From Cycloclasticus sp. symbiont of Bathymodiolus heckerae (lineage in GTDB: Bacteria > Pseudomonadota > Gammaproteobacteria > Methylococcales > Cycloclasticaceae): a DNA stretch of 64,000 nucleotides. The translations under genes and the position numbers were made by a program. Under the pieces are notes generated by a model. It saw only the letters and a program-made list of their open reading frames with translations. It was not told the DNA's origin and ran no database searches. This document shows positions 9,964-17,784 of the stretch, piece by piece. The number at the start of each line of letters is the position of its first letter. Within the stretch, counting starts at the first letter, position 1. The stretch covers positions 27,432-91,431 of the forward strand of contig LWTL01000117.1 in the NCBI GenBank assembly GCA_002101235.1. Reading direction: 5' to 3'.

Positions 9964-10716
9964 TTAACTCGCTTTCTTTTCATCAACCCAAGCATACCCT
10001 TGCTCTTCAAGCTCAAGCGCCAGTTCTGGGCCGCCCGACTTAACAACTTTACCGTGCGCTAATACATGCACAAAGTCAGGTTTAATGTAGTCCAACAAAC
10101 GTTGGTAATGGGTAATAAGAACGAATGAACGTTTAGGGTCACGCAATCTATTAACGCCTTCTGCAACAATTTGAAGGGCATCAATATCCAAACCAGAATC
10201 GGTTTCATCTAGCACGCATAAGCTGGGTTCTAGCACAGACATTTGAAGAATTTCATTACGTTTCTTTTCGCCACCAGAGAAACCTTCGTTTACTGCGCGA
10301 TAAAGGAATTTTTCGTCCATATCTAGCTCTTTCATTTTACCTTTAACCGTCGCAATGAAGTCCATCGCATCAAGCTCAGATAAACCTTCGTATTTACGAA
10401 TACCGTTTAAAGCTGCTTTTAAGAAATAGATATTGCTCACGCCCGGTACTTCAACAGGGTATTGGAAAGCTAAGAATACGCCAGCCCATGCGCGTTCTTC
10501 AACGCTCATCTCCAATAAGTCTTTACCGTTAAACAACACGCGCCCTTTTGTTATGTCGTAGCCTTCGCGGCCAGCAAGAATATAAGACAGCGTGCTTTTA
10601 CCTGAACCATTTGGCCCCATAATCGCGTGTACTTCGCCTGCGCCAATTTCGAGGTTAATACCTCTTAAAATTTCTTTACCTTCAACACTTACGTGTAAAT
10701 CTTCAATTTTTAACAT
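9964..10716 (-). CDS. sufC: Fe-S cluster assembly ATPase SufC
   Basis: GPNGSGKST, NEGFSGGEKKRNE and LDETDSGLDIDAL. Confidence 0.97.
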   Translation of the reverse strand: MLKIEDLHVSVEGKEILRGINLEIGAGEVHAIMGPNGSGKSTLSYILAGREGYDITKGRVLFNGKDLLEMSVEERAWAGVFLAFQYPVEVPGVSNIYFLKAALNGIRKYEGLSELDAMDFIATVKGKMKELDMDEKFLYRAVNEGFSGGEKKRNEILQMSVLEPSLCVLDETDSGLDIDALQIVAEGVNRLRDPKRSFVLITHYQRLLDYIKPDFVHVLAHGKVVKSGGPELALELEEQGYAWVDEKKAS

Positions 10717-10761
10717 TCTGTTACGTCCTGATTTCTTAAATTCGTTTGATGTTCGTTTGTT

Positions 10762-12210
10762 TTAACCAACACTGCCTTCAAGGCTAATACCCAATAACGC
10801 CTGCGCTTCAACCGCAAACTCCATCGGTAATTCTTTAAACACTTCTTTACAGAAGCCGTTCACAATCATAGAGACCGCATCTTCTGCAGAAATACCACGC
10901 TGCATACAGTAGAACAATTGGTCTTCACTAATTTTTGATGTCGATGCTTCGTGCTCAATGGTTGCACTTGGGTTTTTCGTTTCAATGTACGGGAATGTAT
11001 GCGCACCACATTGATCACCCATTAATAAGGAATCACATTGTGTGTAGTTTCGAGCGCCTTCGGCTTTACGGCCAATTTTAACCAACCCACGGTAAGTGTT
11101 TTGACCATGTCCAGCGGAAATACCTTTAGAGATAATCGTACTGCTGGTGTTTTTACCGTGGTGGATCATTTTTGTACCGGTATCCGCTTGCTGATAATTA
11201 TTGGTCAATGCAACGGAGTAAAACTCGCCGATTGAATTATCACCTTTCAATACAACACTCGGGTATTTCCACGTAATCGCAGAGCCTGTTTCAACCTGCG
11301 TCCACGATACTTTTGCATTGTCTTCGCGGCATTCTGCACGCTTGGTTACAAAGTTATAAATACCGCCTACGCCGTTTTCATCGCCTGGGTACCAGTTTTG
11401 TACGGTTGAGTATTTAATCTCAGCGTCTTTTAAAATAACTAACTCTACAACTGCTGCGTGTAGTTGGTTTTCATCACGCATGGGTGCCGTACAGCCTTCT
11501 AGGTAACTAACATGGCTACCTTCATCGGCAATAATAAGCGTACGCTCAAATTGGCCAGTATTCGCCGCATTAATTCTAAAGTAGGTAGAGAGCTCCATTG
11601 GGCAACGTACGCCTTTAGGAATGTATACAAAAGAGCCATCACTAAATACGGCTGCATTGAGTGCAGCATAGAAGTTATCGTACTGAGAAACAACCGTGCC
11701 TAAATACTGCTTGATAAGCTCTGGCTGCTCTTTAACTGCTTCAGAGAACGAGCAAAAAATAACGCCCGCTTCATACAGTTTGTCTTTAAAGGTTGTAGCA
11801 ACGGACACACTGTCAAACACTGCATCCACTGCAACACCTGCAAGACGCATTTGCTCTTCCAACGGAATACCTAGCTTGTTGTAGGTGCTAATTAGCTCAG
11901 GGTCTACTTCATCAAGACTCTTAGGACCATCTGCCATGCTTTTAGGCGCAGAATAATAGCTAATTTCTTGGAAATCAATTTTAGGGAATTCAACAAATGC
12001 CCATTCTGGATGTTCCATAGTCAGCCAATGACGGTAAGCCTCTAAGCGCCATTCAAGCAAAAATTCAGGCTCGTCTTTTTTAGCTGATATGGCACGAATA
12101 GTATCTTCGTTCAAACCCGGTGGGAATGACTCAGATTCAATATCCGTTACAAAGCCATCCTTGTACTCTTGGCCGATCATGTCTTTCAAATTTTCATTAG
12201 ATGCTGCCAT
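10762..12210 (-). CDS. sufB: Fe-S cluster assembly protein SufB
   Basis: [21 protein letters not shown] and NYTQCDSLL. Confidence 0.97.
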   Translation of the reverse strand: MAASNENLKDMIGQEYKDGFVTDIESESFPPGLNEDTIRAISAKKDEPEFLLEWRLEAYRHWLTMEHPEWAFVEFPKIDFQEISYYSAPKSMADGPKSLDEVDPELISTYNKLGIPLEEQMRLAGVAVDAVFDSVSVATTFKDKLYEAGVIFCSFSEAVKEQPELIKQYLGTVVSQYDNFYAALNAAVFSDGSFVYIPKGVRCPMELSTYFRINAANTGQFERTLIIADEGSHVSYLEGCTAPMRDENQLHAAVVELVILKDAEIKYSTVQNWYPGDENGVGGIYNFVTKRAECREDNAKVSWTQVETGSAITWKYPSVVLKGDNSIGEFYSVALTNNYQQADTGTKMIHHGKNTSSTIISKGISAGHGQNTYRGLVKIGRKAEGARNYTQCDSLLMGDQCGAHTFPYIETKNPSATIEHEASTSKISEDQLFYCMQRGISAEDAVSMIVNGFCKEVFKELPMEFAVEAQALLGISLEGSVG

Positions 12211-12681
12211 CTAGTTCTCCACTTTTAAATCGTTTGTTTGAGTTTTTAGCGGCATATTGACCATGACTGCTTGTTGCCGAACAGGCGCAACCATATCGGC
12301 CAACGTAACCGCTTCCAAAGCCATGTAAACCGCTCTGTTGATTAAATTCCAATTACCTTTGATTTCGCACGAAGATTCTTGCTCGCAAGCGCCTGTATGC
12401 GTTGTGCACTCGGTCATTGCTATTGGCCCCTCTATCGCCGTAATAATCTCAGCCACATGAACATCCTTCGGGGTACGCGTTAACAAGTAACCGCCTTTAG
12501 AACCTCGATGTGAATTCAAAATATTAGCTTTAGAGAGCAACTTCAGCACCTTACTAACCGTAGGCAACGCTACATCAGTCGCTTGAGTAATATCTGACGC
12601 AGCATGAAGCTCATCGGGCTGATGAGCAATATGCGTTAATATAACCGTTGCATAATCTGTTAATTTACTGACTCTAAGCAT
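12211..12681 (-). CDS. SUF system Fe-S cluster assembly regulator (Rrf2/IscR family)
   Basis: Rrf2 winged HTH (SHRGSKGGYLL) and three Cys (ECTTHTGACEQESSC); first gene of the suf operon. Confidence 0.92.
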   Translation of the reverse strand: MLRVSKLTDYATVILTHIAHQPDELHAASDITQATDVALPTVSKVLKLLSKANILNSHRGSKGGYLLTRTPKDVHVAEIITAIEGPIAMTECTTHTGACEQESSCEIKGNWNLINRAVYMALEAVTLADMVAPVRQQAVMVNMPLKTQTNDLKVEN

Positions 12682-12689
12682 GACATCCT

Positions 12690-12720
12690 CTTATATAGGA
12701 CTATTTTAGTACTATATAAG
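12690..12720. promoter_or_regulatory. Putative Rrf2/IscR-type operator of the suf operon
   Basis: CTTATATAGGACTA-TTT-TAGTACTATATAAG: 14-bp inverted arms with one mismatch, abutting the GAGGA RBS of the regulator. Resembles the IscR type-1 motif ATA...GACTAWWWTAGTC...TAT. Confidence 0.78.
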
Positions 12721-12761
12721 CCTGCTGTAAATAAACAGAGCGATTTATTATCTGTGAATAG

Positions 12762-12977
12762 CTACGGAAGCGTTTTTAAAACAAGCGTTTCACCGGCAAA
12801 CTCTACTTTATCTCCAGCAACTAGCTTTTTACGCTTTCTTGTTTCTACTTCGCCATTAACACGTACTTTACCTTCGGAAATGAAAAACTTTGCTTCGCCT
12901 CCGCTCGCGGCAAGGCTCTCAAGTTTAAGTAACGCGTAAAGCTCTATAAACTCCTTGTTTAAGATCACATCTATCAT
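12762..12977 (-). CDS. S4-domain RNA-binding protein (YaaA/YbcJ-like)
   Basis: IELYALLKLESLAASGGEAKFFISEGKVRVNGEVETRKRKKL is the stand-alone S4 pattern. Confidence 0.9.
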   Translation of the reverse strand: MIDVILNKEFIELYALLKLESLAASGGEAKFFISEGKVRVNGEVETRKRKKLVAGDKVEFAGETLVLKTLP

Positions 12978-12993
12978 GGGTCGTTAACTCTAT

Positions 12994-13698
12994 TTAATTG
13001 TTAGGGCAAAACGTTTTTGCCTTTGATTCCGGTAAATCATAATATTGATACAAGCAAATCATCGCCGATTCGTTTGCCGCCTCTACATCCATATGCTTTA
13101 ACAAACCTTGCCACAGGCTCATTCTCTCAGGCCCACCTATATACTGATTAGGCTGCCCTCGCTTTGTTGTCCATAACCCTACCCCATTAAAGCTGTACAC
13201 GGGGATTAAGTCAGTGCGTTGAGGGGCCGGCAGTATAGACGGATTTAAATTATCCAGCACTAACGGAATTCCATTTGGTGTTTCAAAATAACTAACAACC
13301 ATATGTGGTTTGTTAATGGCCAATGCTTTTACATAGGTTAAACGTAATTTACGCTCATCCATGCCCATCGCACTTAATGTGAAATATTTTGCTAGTGCAA
13401 TATCCTCGCAATCGCCAGCATTGGTAACTAACGTTTGCAAAGGTGTTGCCCAATAGTCATCTTTTCTCCAATGAATAATATCGTCAATGAAACGAATCTC
13501 ATTGATAAAATCATTGGCGGATAAAAGCTTTTCAAAATCTGGTTGACTAGAACCTGCTTCAATAAGCTCTTTCCAGGCTTGTACGCGAGCATGTGTGGCC
13601 TGATCTATGCCGTTAAACTTAGGCTCTTCAACTGTTGGAGAACTGGCGCAACCGGCTAGTAAAACGAGCAATAAACCAATAGCAACTCGCCCCATCAT
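12994..13698 (-). CDS. Transglutaminase-like cysteine peptidase (BTLCP/LapG family), predicted lipoprotein
   Basis: DDIIHW..DDYWATP, GDCEDIALAKY, HMV and LVLDNL (Cys-His-Asp triad); lipobox LAGC. Confidence 0.87.
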   Translation of the reverse strand: MMGRVAIGLLLVLLAGCASSPTVEEPKFNGIDQATHARVQAWKELIEAGSSQPDFEKLLSANDFINEIRFIDDIIHWRKDDYWATPLQTLVTNAGDCEDIALAKYFTLSAMGMDERKLRLTYVKALAINKPHMVVSYFETPNGIPLVLDNLNPSILPAPQRTDLIPVYSFNGVGLWTTKRGQPNQYIGGPERMSLWQGLLKHMDVEAANESAMICLYQYYDLPESKAKTFCPNN

Positions 13699-13705
13699 AG
13701 GTTAT

Positions 13706-14002
13706 TCACCCCACTAGCCCTTCTATAGCTTTTGCCAAGTCAAAATCTCTTGCTGAAATTCCGCCCGCTTCATGTGTCATTAAATCAATACCCACGGTTT
13801 TATAAACGTTAAACCATTCTGGGTGGTGGTTTTGTTTTTCTGCCAATATAGCCACCTGAGTCATAAAACCAAACGCTTGCACAAAGTTTTTAAACATAAA
13901 GGTTTTGTGTAGTTTTTCACCTTTAATAACCCATGGCTCCAAAAGTCCGCTATTGAGCTTATTTAGCTCAGTCTCGACTGTCTCTGTTGAATATTTGTCC
14001 AT
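13706..14002 (-). CDS. phhB: Pterin-4-alpha-carbinolamine dehydratase
   Basis: [24 protein letters not shown] (catalytic HH intact) and [13 protein letters not shown]. Confidence 0.92.
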   Translation of the reverse strand: MDKYSTETVETELNKLNSGLLEPWVIKGEKLHKTFMFKNFVQAFGFMTQVAILAEKQNHHPEWFNVYKTVGIDLMTHEAGGISARDFDLAKAIEGLVG

Positions 14003-14018
14003 AAACTAACCTCCAATT

Positions 14019-14609
14019 TTAATCGATTTTTGATATTACACGCCGCCTATAGCCAATGATCATAATCAGTAATAAACAAAACACAGCAACCGTTGCGGGG
14101 AAAAGAATTGTTGTTACAGAGTAAACCTCTAAGGCAACGACAGCAATGGTATTTCTAACCGCGATAATGACAAAAAATGGAATACTTTCTTCGTAAGGTT
14201 TTTCATACGCTTTACGCATAGTGGGTAGTAAACCCAATATATCCACCATGGTTAAAATAATCACGGCCCATAACGGGTCAGCTGTTAAGTACCACAGTGG
14301 TAATGATGATAACGCCAGTATGAAAAAGACCCAATCAATCCTTTTAATATGGATATCACCTTTTTTTGTATAAGCCAGATACGCAACATAACAAGTGATG
14401 ATTGCTGATACGCCAATAGGCCACGCACCTACTCCACCACCCGCTTTAAGTTGCGCAAAGAAAACAATAAGTGTTGTGGAACCCCAAATAACCCAAGAGA
14501 AAACATGCGGTTTTACCGTGCTGTTCAGAATAGAACGGATGTAAGGGTAAAAGCCGTAAAAAGTCAGCCCTATGGCAAAAGCACTGAGGTATTGATTAAT
14601 TGTCATCAC
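14019..14609 (-). CDS. Uncharacterised integral membrane protein with two PQ-loop/SemiSWEET-like repeats
   Basis: About 6-7 hydrophobic segments; two similar units, YPYIRSILNSTVKPHVFSW and LPTMRKAYEKPYEESIPFF. Confidence 0.6.
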   Translation of the reverse strand: MMTINQYLSAFAIGLTFYGFYPYIRSILNSTVKPHVFSWVIWGSTTLIVFFAQLKAGGGVGAWPIGVSAIITCYVAYLAYTKKGDIHIKRIDWVFFILALSSLPLWYLTADPLWAVIILTMVDILGLLPTMRKAYEKPYEESIPFFVIIAVRNTIAVVALEVYSVTTILFPATVAVFCLLLIMIIGYRRRVISKID

Positions 14610-14631
14610 GTTATTTTACGTGATTAGTTAT

Positions 14632-14663
14632 AAAAAGGCGTGGCTTTAAAGCCCCGCCTTTTT
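14632..14663. terminator. Intrinsic terminator downstream of the TonB receptor gene
   Basis: AAAAAGGCG-TGGCTTTAAAGCC-CCGCCTTTTT: GC stem with A/T tracts on both sides. Confidence 0.85.
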
Positions 14664-14675
14664 CAGTTTTTAAAT

Positions 14676-17057
14676 TTACAATTTTAGCTTAACGCCGACC
14701 CAGGCCCCTCGAGGCGCCCCTGCTCCATAGAAACGAGTATCGGTAAAGACACCAAAACCCGGCGCCTCGTCAGGTTCACCATATAAGCCGAAAGTTTCAT
14801 ATTCACGGTCGAACACATTATCAACACGGGCAAAGATATCCAAATTGTTCGTTACTGCATAACGTCCGTGTAAATTAAAGACCGTGTAACCACCGACTTT
14901 GCTGCTAGCATTTGCTTCATCACCTCTAAAGTATTGACTTGAGTTATAGACGGCATCAAAACCCACAGCGAACTTCTCACTCACATTCCAATCTACCCCC
15001 CATTTAAGCGTGTGTTTTGGAATACTGGGGATACTGTTACCTTTTTCAACACTTAGCTCATCAATACCAAAAGCAATAGCTGCAGGGTTGTTTTCGGCAT
15101 TCACTTCAAAACTATTCAAAAACTCCGCTTCTATCCAGCTGTAATTCATAAACCAACTCCACTGTTGGTAATCAGCATCAAGAGAAAGTTCCAATCCACG
15201 ACGACGTGTTTTACCAATATTTGAAAAGTAACCTGGGCTTAGACCAGGGCCTTCTTCGGTCGGCAAAAAGTAAATATCATCGTGGTTAACGGTTTGGAAC
15301 ACACCCGCATGCCAGTTCATACTCTGTATAGCACCTCGCAAACCAGCTTCCCATGTTTTTGCAACGACCATATCAAGCGGCGGATCACTTAAAAAGGAGT
15401 TAGGCAATGCACAAGGGTTTGTTTGATCGTGACAAGTTAACTCTGCCGCTGTTGGCACACGCGATGACTCGCTGTAGCTCACATAACTGGCTACTTGCGT
15501 GCTGAATTCATACGTTAACCCTGCAGAAGGATTAAAGCGAGTAAAAGTGTGCGTGCTGCTTTCACCTGCTGGCACGACAGGCTGATCACCGGTTGTACCG
15601 GAAATATTAATACGTGAATAATTGTAACGCCCCGAAAGCGTTAGTGTTAAAGCATCGTTAACTGAAAAGCTATCCATAAAGAACAAACTAGCTGTACTTG
15701 TTTTGATTTTTGCATCCACAATACTTTCCGCATTGATTAAACCTGTTCCTGTTGTGCCACGGTCTTCTGTGAATTCCGCTATTTCGGTAGCAAAACGATA
15801 TGTCACATCCGCTTGGTCAAAACTAAAACCGGTTATTAATTGGTTCTCATGTCCATACAAATCATTAAGAAAGGTTAGTTGTCCGCCTAAACCGTAACCG
15901 TCTTGTTCTGTTGTGCTGCTGTTATTTATAGCTATTTCATCATCGTCTAAACCGGGGTTAACGACGTTGCCATTTTGGTCTTCAACTTGTTCGCCTTCTT
16001 CTACCAAGTCGCCAGCAGTACATGCGCCTCCACATTCATCTGCTGTAATAATAATATCGCCGTTTTCGTTAAGGCCAGCGCCAACATTAGGGCCGGCAAT
16101 AACTACTAGGTCAATAACGCCATAATCCGAACCATCACCGTTAAACGTATCCCTGTCATTTTTACGAAGATAGGCATTGCCCGAAAACTGAACCGTATCC
16201 GACAACCAATGATTTCCTGTTAGCGCTGCCATGCGTAATTCATTTTGCGTATTATCTGGGTAAGTAAATACCTCTTTACGGTCTTGCTTCAAAAGCTCTA
16301 ACGGTGAAGAGCCATTGCCGTTTAAATCGGTATCTGCCGCAGCTAAGGTGAGCTCTAGTTCTGAATTATCTGAACGCCACCCAAAACTGCTAAAAAGCTG
16401 CTTCGCATCTGACTCTGAATGATCACGCCAACCGCTTTCTTTAAACCAATTCCCTGTAACAAAGTAACTTAAATCACCATCATTTCCGCCACTTTCAAAT
16501 TCATTCGCACGCCTATTAAAAGAGCCTCCGTATGCTTGCACTGAATTCCCTGAGTTAGTAAATCCATTTTTCGTTTTAATCGACAACGCACCGCCCAGCG
16601 TATTTAAACCAAACAACGGGTTTGAACCGGCAATTAAGTTAATACCTGAAATAGCTGACTGAGGAATAACGTCCCAATTAACGGCATCACCAAAGGGTTC
16701 GTTAATACGCACACCGTTCATATAAACGGATAAGCCTTGAGAATTACCCAATAAAGGAGATGCTGTAAAGCCGCGATACTGTAAGTCTGGCTGCAGTGGG
16801 TTATTTTGAGCTTGGTTAATATGTACGCTACCCAAGTTCCGCGCCATATAATCGCTCACATCAAGACTTTGGGATTTTTCAATCGCTTTAGAGTTAGCTG
16901 TTTGAACAGGGTAAGGCACGCTATTTTTATCTATTCCCACGCCGTGTAAAGGTGTCGTCGCGACAACCTCTATATCTTTCATCTGCCGTTGCTCTTGCGC
17001 TAATGCGGGCGCAGCAATAAACACCAAACCAGCAAATACTATTATTCCCCTAGTCAC
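14676..17057 (-). CDS. TonB-dependent outer-membrane receptor, resembling the LanA/LutH-type family
   Basis: Signal peptide; plug motif YRGFTASPLLGNSQGLSVYMNGVRINEPFGDAVNWDVIP...NPLFGLNTLGGA; ELTCHDQTNPCALPNSFLSDPPL; barrel-type C-terminus. GTG start with a GGGG RBS. Confidence 0.88.
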   Translation of the reverse strand: MTRGIIVFAGLVFIAAPALAQEQRQMKDIEVVATTPLHGVGIDKNSVPYPVQTANSKAIEKSQSLDVSDYMARNLGSVHINQAQNNPLQPDLQYRGFTASPLLGNSQGLSVYMNGVRINEPFGDAVNWDVIPQSAISGINLIAGSNPLFGLNTLGGALSIKTKNGFTNSGNSVQAYGGSFNRRANEFESGGNDGDLSYFVTGNWFKESGWRDHSESDAKQLFSSFGWRSDNSELELTLAAADTDLNGNGSSPLELLKQDRKEVFTYPDNTQNELRMAALTGNHWLSDTVQFSGNAYLRKNDRDTFNGDGSDYGVIDLVVIAGPNVGAGLNENGDIIITADECGGACTAGDLVEEGEQVEDQNGNVVNPGLDDDEIAINNSSTTEQDGYGLGGQLTFLNDLYGHENQLITGFSFDQADVTYRFATEIAEFTEDRGTTGTGLINAESIVDAKIKTSTASLFFMDSFSVNDALTLTLSGRYNYSRINISGTTGDQPVVPAGESSTHTFTRFNPSAGLTYEFSTQVASYVSYSESSRVPTAAELTCHDQTNPCALPNSFLSDPPLDMVVAKTWEAGLRGAIQSMNWHAGVFQTVNHDDIYFLPTEEGPGLSPGYFSNIGKTRRRGLELSLDADYQQWSWFMNYSWIEAEFLNSFEVNAENNPAAIAFGIDELSVEKGNSIPSIPKHTLKWGVDWNVSEKFAVGFDAVYNSSQYFRGDEANASSKVGGYTVFNLHGRYAVTNNLDIFARVDNVFDREYETFGLYGEPDEAPGFGVFTDTRFYGAGAPRGAWVGVKLKL

Positions 17058-17142
17058 GAAGTAAGCCCCTTATTTTGTTTTAATGAACAACCTTATTATT
17101 TCAGCAGACTTCCTTACTGAATATAGGAAAAAATCCCGACTA

Positions 17143-17784
17143 TTAATTTTTGGTGTCGTGAAGTGAATTACCGGCTAAATGCGACAACTCTGCAATCGTT
17201 TTAACGCCCAGTTTTAACTTTATTTGCGTTGCGTAGTTAGCCACTGTTTTTTGGCTAATAAATAAAGCACCAGCGATATCCTTGCTTCGCTTTCCCTTAA
17301 TAAGTAGTCCGTAGACATCAAATTCTCGGGCTGATAATTGCGCTATATCAGAAGATACTTGCCCTCGTTGTTTTTCTATTTTCTTTTTAAGCATTACAGG
17401 GTCAACAAAAGAACGCCCACGCGCCAATTCTTCAATCCCTTTCAATAATAAGCAAGGGTCACAACTTTTGGTTAAATACCCTTTGGCACCAGCTTGTAAG
17501 GCACGCTCCAAATACATCAGTTCATCGTGAATACTGAATGCCATAATCGCAGCCGTTTTATCTAAAGCTGTTATACGGCGAATAGCTTCTAGCCCTGTCA
17601 TTCCCGGCAAGCTTAAATCCATCACAACAACATCCGGCTTTAGCTCGCTGTACATCTGACATGCTTTTTCGGCGGTATCGCTTTCTCCAACAATATGAAT
17701 ATGTGGCAACGTTGCGATTAATTGACGGTAACCGGCACGTACAACAGCATGATCATCTACTAACAGCAGCGATATTCTATTCAT
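17143..17784 (-). CDS. NarL/LuxR-family response regulator (MxcE/MxbM/MxaB-like)
   Basis: LLVDDHAVVRAG, DVVVMDLSLPGMTG, GAKGYLTK, and the LSAREFDV...SQKTVANYATQIKLKLG HTH. Confidence 0.92.
   Translation of the reverse strand: MNRISLLLVDDHAVVRAGYRQLIATLPHIHIVGESDTAEKACQMYSELKPDVVVMDLSLPGMTGLEAIRRITALDKTAAIMAFSIHDELMYLERALQAGAKGYLTKSCDPCLLLKGIEELARGRSFVDPVMLKKKIEKQRGQVSSDIAQLSAREFDVYGLLIKGKRSKDIAGALFISQKTVANYATQIKLKLGVKTIAELSHLAGNSLHDTKN

Noticed and set aside
13706-14002. PCD-like RuBisCO assembly factor (acRAF/Raf2)
   Set aside because: The catalytic HHP motif is intact and there are no carboxysome or cbb genes nearby.
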